A stretch of 64,000 nt of DNA, taken from the NCBI GenBank assembly GCA_963733035.1, contig CAVTBU010000004.1, forward strand, positions 64,001 to 128,000, written 5' to 3'. The stretch is from Pirellulales bacterium. GTDB lineage: Bacteria; Planctomycetota; Planctomycetia; Pirellulales; PALSA-1355. This document shows positions 38,986-49,191 of this stretch, piece by piece; positions within the stretch are counted from its first letter, which is position 1; each line of letters opens with the position of its first letter. The translations under genes and the position numbers were made by a program. The notes beneath the pieces were generated by a model. It had not been told where the DNA came from and ran no database searches. It saw only the letters and a program-made list of their open reading frames with translations.

Positions 38986-41292
38986 ATGGGCAAAGTCTTC
39001 CTTTCCATGTTGGCAACTCTCGCGCTAGGGATTGGCGCGCTGGAAGCCGTGGCAGACGAAGCAACGCCAATCGGCAAGAAGATCGACGACTTCACGGCTA
39101 GCGACTTCCGCGGCAAGGAAGTCTCACTCAAAGACTTCGCTGGCAGCAAGGCCGTGGTTGTCGCCGTGCTGGGCACCGAATGCCCGCAAGCCAAGCTGTA
39201 TGCTCCGCGACTGGCGGAACTGGCCGAGCGGTTCAAGGCGCAGGGCGTCGCCTTTGTCGGCATCGATGCCAACCAGCAAGACTCCGTGACTGAGTTGGCT
39301 CACTACGCCAAGGAGCACGGCATCAACTTCCCGCTGCTGAAAGACGCCGGCAACGTGATCGCCGATCAGCTGGGCGCGGTCCGCACGCCAGAGGCCTTCC
39401 TGTTGGACGGCGATCGCGTGGTTCGCTACTGGGGCCGCATTGACGATCAATATGGGTTTCAGGACGGCGGAGTAGCCTACCAGCGCGAAGCGCCGGAACG
39501 GCAGGATCTGGCCGTGGCCATCGAGGAAGTGCTCGCCGGCAAGCCCGTTACGGTGGCCGTGGCACGCAGCCAGGGCTGCCATATCGGCCGCATCAAGCAG
39601 CCCGTGGCAGATAGCGACGTAACCTACACCAAGCACATCGCCAAAATCCTCAACAATAACTGCGTTTATTGCCATCGCGAAAAGCAAATCGCGCCGTTCT
39701 CGCTCACCAGCTACGACGACGCCGTCGGCTGGGCTGAAATGATGCGCGAGGTGGTCAATGAAAACCGCATGCCCCCTTGGCATGCCGATCCGAAGTACGG
39801 GCACTTCTCCAACGATGCCCGCTTGAGCGACGAGGAAAGGGAACAACTCAACAAGTGGGTCGACAATGGGGCTCCCGAGGGTGATCCGAAAGACTTGCCC
39901 GAGCCGCCGAAGTTTGCCGAGGGGTGGCTGATTCCCAAGCCCGATGAAGTGGTCTACATGCCCGAGGAGTACGACGTGCCGGCGACCGGAACGGTCGAGT
40001 ATCAGCGGTTCATCGTCGATCCGGGCTGGACCGAGGACAAATGGATCAAGGCCATGGAATGCAAGCCCGGCAACGCGTCGGTCGTGCATCACATCATCGT
40101 CTACCTGGTTCCCTCGGGCGTGACGCCCACGGGCCGGGCCGGGCGCGTGCGAACGAACTGGCTGGGAGCGTTTGCTCCCGGCGTGCGGCCGCAGGTGCTC
40201 GACGACGAGATGGGGCGCTTCGTGCAAAAGGGCTCCAAGCTGCTGTTCGAAATGCACTACACGCCCAACGGCTCGGCCCAAAAGGACCGCAGCTACGTGG
40301 GCTTCAAGTTTGCCGATCCCTCGAAGGTGAAGCGCGAAGTGGCGGTGCAAAACGCCGGCAACTTCACATTCAAGATTCCGCCCGGAGATCCGAATCACAA
40401 GGTGGAGGCGGATTTCACGTTCCGCCAAAAGACGCTGCTATTGTCGGTTTCTCCGCATATGCACGTTCGAGGTAAAGATTTCCGCTACGACCTGGTCTTT
40501 CCGGACGGCCGCAGCGAAACGGTGCTGTGGGTGCCGCAGTACGACTTCGGCTGGCAGACAACCTACATGCTCGACAAGCCAATGGAATTACCGCGCGGCA
40601 CAAAGCTGCACTGCGTCGCACATTTTGACAATTCTGCCGACAACTACGCCAACCCAGATCCGACTAAGGAAGTGACCTGGGGCGAACAGACCTGGGAAGA
40701 AATGATGTTCGGTTGGTTCGAAATGTCCCTGGCCGATCAGGACCTGACAAAGCCGGCCACCGAGCAGGCCGAGCGGGTCAAGGAGTTCCTCGAGGTGGCC
40801 GACACGACCCAGCTCGACGAACAGATGAAGGCCCTGGCTCGTACTGCACTAAAGGACGACAAGTCGTTCGAACTGATCGGCTATCAGCTCATGGAGTTGG
40901 TGCCGCAGATCGACCGGATTTGCGTTACCAGCGTTGAGAAAGGCCGCATCCGACTGAAGTTTTTGCAGGAGCGGTTGGGCCTCGACACATCGTTCCGCAG
41001 CAAATCGACCATCATCCGCACCAAGGGGCAGTCGCTGGCCGACTACATCCAAGGGGACAAGACGGTCGTGAACCCCACCTTGGCAAATACCCAGGGTTCG
41101 GTAATGGTCAACATGTCGCGCAAGGACATTCGTTCGAGTATGCACGTGCCGGTCGAAATCGACGGCGCGCCCGCGACAATTAACTTCTGGAGTTCCGAAG
41201 CAAGTGCGTTTCCGCCGCAGGCCGTGAAGATCCTGGAGGAAGTCGCGCACTTGATGGCCGAAGGGGCGACCAAGGTCGCCAGCGCCAAGTAG
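38986..41292 (+). CDS. Secreted fusion of redoxin, cytochrome c, type II copper monooxygenase-like and GAF-like domains
   Basis: GTECP, CVYCH, VHHIIVY, EMHY, PHMH and EEMM motifs; C-terminal IRSSMHVPV...NFWS GAF-like segment. Confidence 0.8.
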   Translation: MGKVFLSMLATLALGIGALEAVADEATPIGKKIDDFTASDFRGKEVSLKDFAGSKAVVVAVLGTECPQAKLYAPRLAELAERFKAQGVAFVGIDANQQDSVTELAHYAKEHGINFPLLKDAGNVIADQLGAVRTPEAFLLDGDRVVRYWGRIDDQYGFQDGGVAYQREAPERQDLAVAIEEVLAGKPVTVAVARSQGCHIGRIKQPVADSDVTYTKHIAKILNNNCVYCHREKQIAPFSLTSYDDAVGWAEMMREVVNENRMPPWHADPKYGHFSNDARLSDEEREQLNKWVDNGAPEGDPKDLPEPPKFAEGWLIPKPDEVVYMPEEYDVPATGTVEYQRFIVDPGWTEDKWIKAMECKPGNASVVHHIIVYLVPSGVTPTGRAGRVRTNWLGAFAPGVRPQVLDDEMGRFVQKGSKLLFEMHYTPNGSAQKDRSYVGFKFADPSKVKREVAVQNAGNFTFKIPPGDPNHKVEADFTFRQKTLLLSVSPHMHVRGKDFRYDLVFPDGRSETVLWVPQYDFGWQTTYMLDKPMELPRGTKLHCVAHFDNSADNYANPDPTKEVTWGEQTWEEMMFGWFEMSLADQDLTKPATEQAERVKEFLEVADTTQLDEQMKALARTALKDDKSFELIGYQLMELVPQIDRICVTSVEKGRIRLKFLQERLGLDTSFRSKSTIIRTKGQSLADYIQGDKTVVNPTLANTQGSVMVNMSRKDIRSSMHVPVEIDGAPATINFWSSEASAFPPQAVKILEEVAHLMAEGATKVASAK

Positions 41293-41331
41293 AGATCATG
41301 AGGAAACCCACCTGGGGGGTGGGGGCAAGTG

Positions 41332-41375
41332 GAGTGCCCCGTGGGTCCAAAAGGCTCACGGGGCACTCGCGTTTT
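41332..41375 (+). terminator. Intrinsic terminator
   Basis: GAGTGCCCCGTGGG...CTCACGGGGCACTC hairpin followed by GCGTTTT. Confidence 0.75.
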
Positions 41376-41482
41376 CATGGGCCATGCCCTGTCCACGCGA
41401 TTCGAAGGAGCTTAGCCTGGCCCGGAGACATCGTCGACGGCGCGTCGCTTCGAAACAATTTGAGACGGCCCCCACTTCGCCG

Positions 41483-42295
41483 CTACTGCTCCGGCTTTGT
41501 GGTCGAAGACGCGTCATCCGAAGTCCAGGGCAGGAAGTGCTTCCGCAGATCGCCAAAGCGAATCTCGACGCCGCCCATCAGCACGACGTTGTTCATTGTG
41601 GGCAGTCCGCCGCCGCCGATCGTCAAATTGTCGACCAGGTCGGCGCGAAGCGCCAGCCAGTCTCGAATGGGGTACTTGAACCCCAGACCAAACGGCACGT
41701 CCGCCAGCACGCGGCTCACATGCTGGTTTTGGCTATCGTTCACGTTGAAGTTAGCCATGCCCGCTCCGAGCGTGACGAAGGGTCGGAATCGCGTATTCTC
41801 CCAAGGATAGTACATCAGGCTGGCATCCCAAAAGAGCGCGCGTTCGATCTGTGTGTCGCTGGGGTTGAAGCGCGTTGAATTGTTGAGCCAGGCGTCCGTC
41901 AGCTTGGTTTCCAATCCCCAATGTTCGGCAAAGTCCCAGCCATAGCGCTTGGATATCGCGAGCCCCACGGCATCGTCGCCGTGGCCGCTATGAAACGGAT
42001 CGCCCGCGATCGCGCCGGCGAAGTAACCGCCGCTGAAGGGGTGATCGCGCCAGCGATAGCCGTCCGATGCCACGGCCGGCTCGACCGCAGGCGGCGCGGT
42101 TGAAATCGGTTTGGAGTCCCCCACTCCGCTCACGGGCGGCACGCGTTCGGAGGTCACTGCCGTAGAACGTGCGCAACTCGGTTCAACTTGCGGAGGCACC
42201 AACGTCGAAGGGGCCGAGCGACGCAGTTCCGCACATCCAGCGATCAAGCCGAGCAGCAACATTGCCCAAACCAAAGTATCGCCGGATTGTCGCAA
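41483..42295 (-). CDS. Outer-membrane beta-barrel domain protein, possible lipoprotein
   Basis: LIAGC lipobox-like segment; YGWDF..WGLE, RPFVTLGAG, PFGLGFKY and GVEIRFG motifs. Confidence 0.75.
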   Translation of the reverse strand: MRQSGDTLVWAMLLLGLIAGCAELRRSAPSTLVPPQVEPSCARSTAVTSERVPPVSGVGDSKPISTAPPAVEPAVASDGYRWRDHPFSGGYFAGAIAGDPFHSGHGDDAVGLAISKRYGWDFAEHWGLETKLTDAWLNNSTRFNPSDTQIERALFWDASLMYYPWENTRFRPFVTLGAGMANFNVNDSQNQHVSRVLADVPFGLGFKYPIRDWLALRADLVDNLTIGGGGLPTMNNVVLMGGVEIRFGDLRKHFLPWTSDDASSTTKPEQ

Positions 42296-42602
42296 AATGG
42301 CTGTACGCCTGCGTTTGACCCCGCCTCAACTGCCGTAGGGCAATTCGGTCAAAACCGACGTAATCTCCGTTAGCCGCCCGTACCGTTGAGAGGGGTGCGA
42401 GTATCCTGCGACGCGCCCGGCATGTCAACGCGGAAACGCTGGCACATGCCGAACCTTTCCAAACTTTCAGGGTTTTGGACCATTTCGGTGAGATCACACG
42501 CACGAAAACGCAAGCAGACTTGAGATGGCACTCTTCACATCGAAGTGGCGTGTCAGAAGGTCGCTTGTCGAAGGACCTCGCGCACTTGCAACAGCTATCG
42601 AT

Positions 42603-44212
42603 CTAAGCAATCTGTAGCGGTACCTTCTGAGTCTCTTGTTCCTTCCGCAGAGCGATGGTCTTTCGGAACTGCTCTGCCTTGGGAATGGTGACGAATGTGA
42701 CGTGCCCGAAATGTTCGGCGACGGCCGCACGAACTTCATCGAGCGTAATCTGAAAGAACTCGCGGCGTAGATTGACCATATTCACACGGCGTTCGGCGAA
42801 ATGTCGGTGAAGCGCATTCTCTAGTTTCGGAGCATCTTCACTATAGATCATCGCATGCACGTCGAAGGGGAATGGGACAGCGGCGCCACCAAGTTCCTTG
42901 ACGCGCTCGAGCGGCTCAAGTCGACGGGTCATTCCGATCTTGTATACGCCTTTGCCAAGAGTACCGAGATTCGAGAGAATATACACATGCCCGGACCGTG
43001 TTAGTTGTGCCCTTGCGATTGCTTTTGCTTTGCGATCGATCGCCTCTTGGAGCTCATTCTCGAGTTTGGCCACGAGTGCTTCGAGTTTGGCGGTTTGCTG
43101 GCCGTTCCTTTGGGCTAGTTCCTCGCGCGCTTTTTCGAGTGGCGCATCCGAACGGCCTCGTCCCGTTCTGCATCTTCGCGGGCCTTTTCGATTTCCTTGG
43201 CAACTTTCTCTTCTTCGCGCATCTGGTCTCTGATGCGCTGGCGCTCTTCTCGCTCCTCTTGTTTCTTCTCTTGGTACTCGTAGGCCAAATGGAGCTCGTT
43301 GTACTTTAAGTGGCAGTATTCGGCGACCAGATAGATCCTCTTGGTTTCGCCGAGTTTGTTGATTGCCTCAAATGAACGCTGGATGCGCTTTTCCAGTGTT
43401 ACGACGTTGTTGTACCGCACCTTCTCAACCGCCGCATCACATTCCCCATTGAACGCTCGCAACATCAGTTTAACTTGTTGGTTCACCATCTTTTGCCCCT
43501 CGCGCTTGTTCCCATCGACAGTCCACTCAGTCTGACAAACGCAAGCGGTCTTTTCCTTGAGCATAGCCTTTTGTCGCACCCGAACTTCAGCGAGACGTTG
43601 CTTATAGTCATCTGACGTATCGAAGTCGAACCGCGATCGATAGAAACCAAACTCCTGCAATTCGCCTGCCTCTTCGACGGCCTCGATATCGGCCTTAAGT
43701 TGCGAGAGGTAGTTCTCATAATATGTGACCCGCGCTGCAATTTCGCTGGCGGACTTGGCTCCTCCGATGCACTTCGAAATCTCATCGAGTTCACTTCTGC
43801 GATGCGTAATCAACGCTTCTTGTTTCTTCAAGTATTCATCGAGTTGCGAAGCGCGCTCAAGCTTTTGTAAAGTCGCACCTAGTTGCTTGGCTTGATGCGT
43901 ATCGATTCGAATGCGCTCTTGCAGATCTGCAGCCGTTTTGAATTTCCCGAGTAACTGCTGGTATCGCGCGACTCTGTTCCTATTCTCGGTGATCTGTAAC
44001 TGAATTGCAGCGCTCTCTCCTTCGAGTCGCGCCGCTTCGGCGATGGCAGCGCGGCTCTTCCCTTCACAATCCAATTTGTAAGCTTCTAAATCAGCTACAC
44101 TTCGAAAGTGCCGCAACGAAGCCCGACTTTGCAGATACAGCCAAAGTAAGGCGACGGTGGCCGCAGCCAATATCACCGCGAGTGAGGAGACTAGTGCAAG
44201 CATTGCAAACAC
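42603..44212 (-). CDS. DUF4041 + T5orf172 (GIY-YIG-like) domain protein; apparent frameshift near 43143
   Basis: N-terminal TM, coiled coil, LMLRAFNGECD, EEREERQRIR, GHVYILSN.G...VYKIGMTRR, VPFPFDVHA and VN.RREFF motifs. Confidence 0.88.
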
Positions 44213-44333
44213 CTATCTGGCAGTAACTATCTGGATGCCCAATAGCCTCGCTTAATAAAGGGGGACAGTCAACATCTGGAGAGGGGCAAACGGGCGTGGC
44301 CGAAGGCGGTTCCGCATCATATGTTGGACACTA

Positions 44334-44375
44334 GAAAACAACGGGTGCCACAGCCAATGGCCGTGACACCCGTTT
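44334..44375 (-). terminator. Intrinsic terminator of the 44405..45385 gene
   Basis: On the minus strand, AACGGGTGTCACGGCCA-TTGGCTGTGGCACCCGTT followed by GTTTT. Confidence 0.7.
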
Positions 44376-44404
44376 CTGATTGCAATCGCTGGTGAGGAGG
44401 AGCC

Positions 44405-45385
44405 TTACTTCTCCTCGTCCTTCTTGTCTTCCTTCTTCTCGTCCGTCACCGACTTGTCGGTGGGGCTCTTGCCGAGCTTCATGCTCATGGTTTCCTTGAT
44501 CTTTTGGGTTACTTCCTGGGGCCCGGATACCTCCATGGTCAGTTCTTGAAAACCGTCGGCTTTCGCCATGTGACCACCCGCGCGGTCGAACAGGTACGTG
44601 GCTTCGGCGGATTGGTCGACGATTTCCAGTTCCGCCCGAGGGTTTTCCTCAGGTTCGAACAACAATTCCGTTTCGGCGGTGATCTTGGCCAGCTTCTGAT
44701 TGTCCTGCTGTTCGACGCCCGCGACTGAGAAGGTCGTTTCAGAGATTTGGGTTCCCATCCCCGGCAGCACGTTTTCAAACGACTGCGTCCAGGTGGTGTC
44801 CTCGCCGCTGGTCTCCGGTAGCGGCAGCACCGACTTGGAAATCAACTCCTTGATTCCCTTCTCGTTGAACGCGTTACCGCCGATGCCGAATCCCTGGCGG
44901 CGATTCTCGCCAACCTCCTGCTTGCCGAGCACTTCGGCCAGCTTGGCGGGCAGTTGGATGTCGGTCACTTCGCCGAGCGCGGAGATCTTGGCCTTGAAGG
45001 GCGCACCGAGCATGTTCGTCATGGTCGGCTTCATCTGGGCCCAAACCGGTCCCTCGGGTTCTTTGGGGTTGTTCGAGTCGTAGGCCATGCGTCCAAACAG
45101 GGGCGAATCCATCGCGATTTGAATCCGCTCGACCGAGAGGTCGACGTCGGCCGTACCGTCATCGGCCACGGCGGTCGGTTTCCAGGTGGTGTCGAAGATC
45201 ATTTGCAGATTAAATGCAATCTCCGAACCCGACAACGTAATGTTGCCGGCGACGGCGCGCGACAGGACATAATTGAGCGACTCGTCGGTCTTGAATTTCC
45301 AGCGCAGATCGTCGCCGCGCGTCGATGCTGCGGCCAACAGCAGGCTGGCTACGAGGGCCACGCGAGTGGCAGTCTTGATGTGCAT
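44405..45385 (-). CDS. Secreted hypothetical protein (DUF6263-like)
   Basis: Signal peptide; LRWKF, YDS, G.TW and FD..GG pattern; AAGGA SD. Confidence 0.7.
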   Translation of the reverse strand: MHIKTATRVALVASLLLAAASTRGDDLRWKFKTDESLNYVLSRAVAGNITLSGSEIAFNLQMIFDTTWKPTAVADDGTADVDLSVERIQIAMDSPLFGRMAYDSNNPKEPEGPVWAQMKPTMTNMLGAPFKAKISALGEVTDIQLPAKLAEVLGKQEVGENRRQGFGIGGNAFNEKGIKELISKSVLPLPETSGEDTTWTQSFENVLPGMGTQISETTFSVAGVEQQDNQKLAKITAETELLFEPEENPRAELEIVDQSAEATYLFDRAGGHMAKADGFQELTMEVSGPQEVTQKIKETMSMKLGKSPTDKSVTDEKKEDKKDEEK

Positions 45386-45562
45386 GGGGTGCTTTCCTTG
45401 AGGTTGGTTTGAACGTCAGGTTTGTTGAAAAACCACACCGTTCTGCGGGGTTGGGGCGCACTCAATTTATAGCTCGCGACCGAAAAGTTTGCAAAAACAC
45501 CCCGCGTTTGCCTACGATCAATGCAAACGGAACAGAATTCGATCAACATTCAAGGATTGCAA

Positions 45563-47118
45563 ATGGTTGGCCGCCGTTGCACGTCGCTGACAGTCATAGT
45601 CGTCTGCTTGCTTGCACTGCCCGTGCCCTGCCGAGCCGACGGCCAGCCCGCAACGGTGCGCGTGGGCGGCGTCGTGTTGAAATGGATTCGAGGCGACAAG
45701 GAAGCAAACCTCCGCCGTGCGGAACCGCTCATTCGCGAGGCAGCGAGCGGCGGCGCACAAATCGTGTGCACAACCGAATGCTTTTTGGACGGCTATGCGA
45801 TTGCCGACAAGTCCATCCCATTGGACGTTTACCGCGCGCTGGGCGAACCGATTCCCGAGGGACCGTACTTCAAACGCCTGGCGACGCTCGCTGACCAGCT
45901 CAATATTCATTTGGTCGCCGGCATGCTTGAAGCTGAGGACGAGAATCGCTACAACACGGCCGTGCTGTTAAGTCCCGAAGGTAAGTTGGCGGGTAAGTAC
46001 CGTAAGCAAAAGCTGCAGCACGAACTGGTGCGCAACCGGCCGGGCAGCAAATCGCGCGTCTTCGATACGCCCTATGGCAAGCTGGGCGTGATGATTTGCG
46101 CCGACCGCACCGAACCAGACATCGTCGGCCGGTTCTGCGCGGCCGGCGCCGACTTTTTGATCTGTCCGTCCGGCGGGATGTTCGGCCCGCGCAAGAACGA
46201 TCCGATCTTGGTGTCCCGCTCGCGCGAGAACAACGTGTCGATCGTGTTCGTACATCCGGCGGAGTTTCTGGTGACGGCGCCCGACGGAGACATCGTGACG
46301 GCGGAACTATTCGGTGACCGCTTGTTGATCGATCCGGCCGACGAGAATTCGGAGGTCGACTCGAAGGGGGTGCGCTTCTACGACCTGCCGCTGACGAAGG
46401 AGGCGACCTTTCCCCCGCTACCCTTAAACGGTGACTTCAGCGATTGGCCGGGCTACGCCGGCAAAGGCGTGACCACGACCAGCGTGGGCGTGCCGCCAAA
46501 GTCGATCTTCACGCACTGGTACGGCGGTCCGGGCGGGGCGCGACGGCCACGTACGACGCGGTTGCCTTCCCGGCCGATCAAACCGACGTGCCGGGAAATC
46601 CCAAGCAGTATTTGCGCGTCACCTGGCACGAGCCTCCTAGCGCGGATTGGCCGGGGGAGACGCACCATCAGCCGGACTTTCGCTTTACGTTTCTGGAGAA
46701 TTTCAGCATCGACGACGTTCGCCGCTTCGCAGGTCAGACCGTGGCTGTCAGCTTTTATGCCCGCGCGAGCGAGGGAACGGTCGGCGTGACGCCCATTATG
46801 TGGCACAGCTACGACGCTCAGACTCCGGGCATCGTCGGCGTGAAGGGCCAGGGATACGAACTATTCGAAGCGTCTGGCAAGCCCGGCGAGATTGCAGTGG
46901 CGCACGGATCGCCTCGCCCCGCGGCCGTGTGCCATGTGACCGATCGCTGGCAGCGCTTTGAAAAGCTGATCACGCTCCCCACGACCGAGGGCAAATCGAT
47001 CACGGCCGGTCACTACACCGGTGTCGGCTTCGATCTGGCCTCGCGGCGGCGGCTGGCGATCGATCTGGCCAACGTCCAGGTTCATGCCGTGCTACGCCGT
47101 CCGCTCAATGCGAACTAA
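45563..47118 (+). CDS. Secreted carbon-nitrogen hydrolase with a C-terminal beta-sandwich domain; apparent frameshift near 46539
   Basis: E-K-C triad (TTECFL, YRK, MICAD); the C-terminal NGDF...VSFYARA...WQRF continues in ORF 46444..47118. Confidence 0.8.
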
Positions 47119-47139
47119 GTCGCTCACTCACGCTGGTCT

Positions 47140-47514
47140 TTAAAGCGCGTCACGTCCGACGCGCACAAAGGCGTAAGCAAACAGCACGGCGAGCACGAGG
47201 TCGATCAGGCCGCCGGCTGCCGGACCGCCGGATATCTCGCCGCACGTTAACATCACGATCACGGTGATGCCGTAACCCAGCTTTTCGAGTACCGCCGGGA
47301 TGATCATCGGGCGGAAGCGGCGCGGGTCGCTCGCCAGGATCAGAAACAGCACCTGCCAGGCGATCGCCACGCCAAGAAAGCCGTAATAGAATTCGCGATG
47401 CGTGATCTCGGGCGGACTGTCGGCACCCAACCGATCGGCAAGGAAGTACAGCGGAACGAGGACGACCAGTCCATAAATTCCCGCGATGAGAAACAACCGC
47501 CGAGCAAACTTCAT
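47140..47514 (-). CDS. Small four-TM membrane protein
   Basis: AGIYGL, EFYYGF and DP.RFRP motifs within hydrophobic helices. Confidence 0.8.
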   Translation of the reverse strand: MKFARRLFLIAGIYGLVVLVPLYFLADRLGADSPPEITHREFYYGFLGVAIAWQVLFLILASDPRRFRPMIIPAVLEKLGYGITVIVMLTCGEISGGPAAGGLIDLVLAVLFAYAFVRVGRDAL

Positions 47515-47560
47515 AGCTGAGATTCCCGCGACATTCCCCTAGCAAGCGATCGTGCGCTCG

Positions 47561-48898
47561 TCATTTCGCCGCCGTGGCCGCGGGCTCCTGGCGCGGCTGC
47601 TCGATGGTGTTCGGCGGAAAGCGGCCGAGGAACGTGTAAATGTTGACGAGCGCCTGGTTCATCATTTTCTCTCCCGCGCCAACTTCGACGGGCGAGACCG
47701 ACGCGTCGCCGCCGTAGCCCCCTTCGGATGCTGCCTCGATCGTGGGAAAGTACATGTGGTGGCCGTTGCAATAGCCAAAGAACAAGGTGTCGGGCAGATA
47801 GGCCCGCTCTTTCAAGCGGTTCGAGTGATTGCAGAAGAATTCACCCGAGCCGGTCACGATGGCCAGATTACCGTTAAGCAGCACGGTGGTCGATTCCGGA
47901 CGAATGCCGCTACCGAACTCGCGTACGAAATTATTTACCAGCTCCGGAAAAAACGATCGCTGGAAAACCGAAACCAGCACGCGGTTGTTGAAATCGAGCC
48001 GGCTGGTGAATTCGAAGCTGTCCGTCTTGGCTTTGATTGACGGTTTCTCGGGAACCTTGGTTTCGACGCTTTTCGCCAGCTTGACGGCGTCGTTGCCCAG
48101 CGCCTCGCCAAAGCCCTTGGTGTCGAGATCGTGCTTATCGGGACTCAAGTCGCCTGCCGCACCCTGCATGAACACACAATTCGTGCCGAGTTCCGACTCG
48201 ACGCGGGCTTGCAGGAAGCCCGGATAGTCGGGCGAGAACTTGAGCAGACTCGACGGGAGCGTGACGGGATGGGCGGCAAAATTGACGAGCACCGCCAGCG
48301 GCTTGTCGTCCAGCGAATCGAAGCGAATGACGGCCAGCATCGGGTCGGTGGGGCGCACCGGCTGCTTGGTGTGCCGATTGCGATTCCGTTTGACGTCGGC
48401 CTTGGCCACGCCGATCTTCGCCGGCTGCAAATTGCCGGCCGCCTCGACGATCGCATCGCGAAGCAGCTCGGGCAGCCGCTTGCTGTAGGCCACCGCGTCG
48501 TCATACTTGCCCTTGCCGAAATCCGGGGCATCGGTCAATTCAATGACCGGACCGTGATGCGAATGGCTGCCGGCGATCAACACCGTGCCAACGTTCGCTT
48601 TGTCGGCCACCTCCTTACGAATCTGCTCCATCATGGCGGGCGTCGGACCACGGCCGATGTCCGTGCCGACGATGGCCAGGCGATCGCCGCCGGCCTCGAT
48701 GACAATGGCCTTGGCCATCAATGGTTCGAGCACGCCCGTCGAAAGTGCATTGTGCCGATCGCCATAACCCCACATTGGCACTGGAGCAGTGGGTGTGATG
48801 TCGCGCTTGGCAAAGCCAACCTGAAAGCCGGCATCCGCTGCCAGGGCGGCAGCCGAGAGTAACATCCAGGCACAACTGACAATGACAATCCGCCTCAT
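47561..48898 (-). CDS. Secreted neutral/alkaline ceramidase N-terminal-domain family protein
   Basis: GFAKRDITP, SHSHHGP, NFAAHP, SPDYPG, QGAAGD and GYCN motifs. Confidence 0.8.
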   Translation of the reverse strand: MRRIVIVSCAWMLLSAAALAADAGFQVGFAKRDITPTAPVPMWGYGDRHNALSTGVLEPLMAKAIVIEAGGDRLAIVGTDIGRGPTPAMMEQIRKEVADKANVGTVLIAGSHSHHGPVIELTDAPDFGKGKYDDAVAYSKRLPELLRDAIVEAAGNLQPAKIGVAKADVKRNRNRHTKQPVRPTDPMLAVIRFDSLDDKPLAVLVNFAAHPVTLPSSLLKFSPDYPGFLQARVESELGTNCVFMQGAAGDLSPDKHDLDTKGFGEALGNDAVKLAKSVETKVPEKPSIKAKTDSFEFTSRLDFNNRVLVSVFQRSFFPELVNNFVREFGSGIRPESTTVLLNGNLAIVTGSGEFFCNHSNRLKERAYLPDTLFFGYCNGHHMYFPTIEAASEGGYGGDASVSPVEVGAGEKMMNQALVNIYTFLGRFPPNTIEQPRQEPAATAAK

Positions 48899-49191
48899 GA
48901 AAAACTCCCCAGTGCAAAAAGCCAAACGGGACGCCTCAAACGTCCAATGTCGCGCGGCGCGTGGAATGTTGTACACGACGGGCGGCAACTCGAACGCGCT
49001 GCCGTATTGTGACTAACATAGTTGTAGACCGTACGTTTGTAAACGCGCCGCGGCACGCGGCGAGCGTACGATGGATGGTGATTCCGAGGTTCTAATCACG
49101 CCGCGGTTCTTGCTTCTGGACCGCACCGGCCGTAAGCTCACGTTCACTTGCGATGGGCCGACGAATATCCGCGTTTCGGAGACAGAACATC

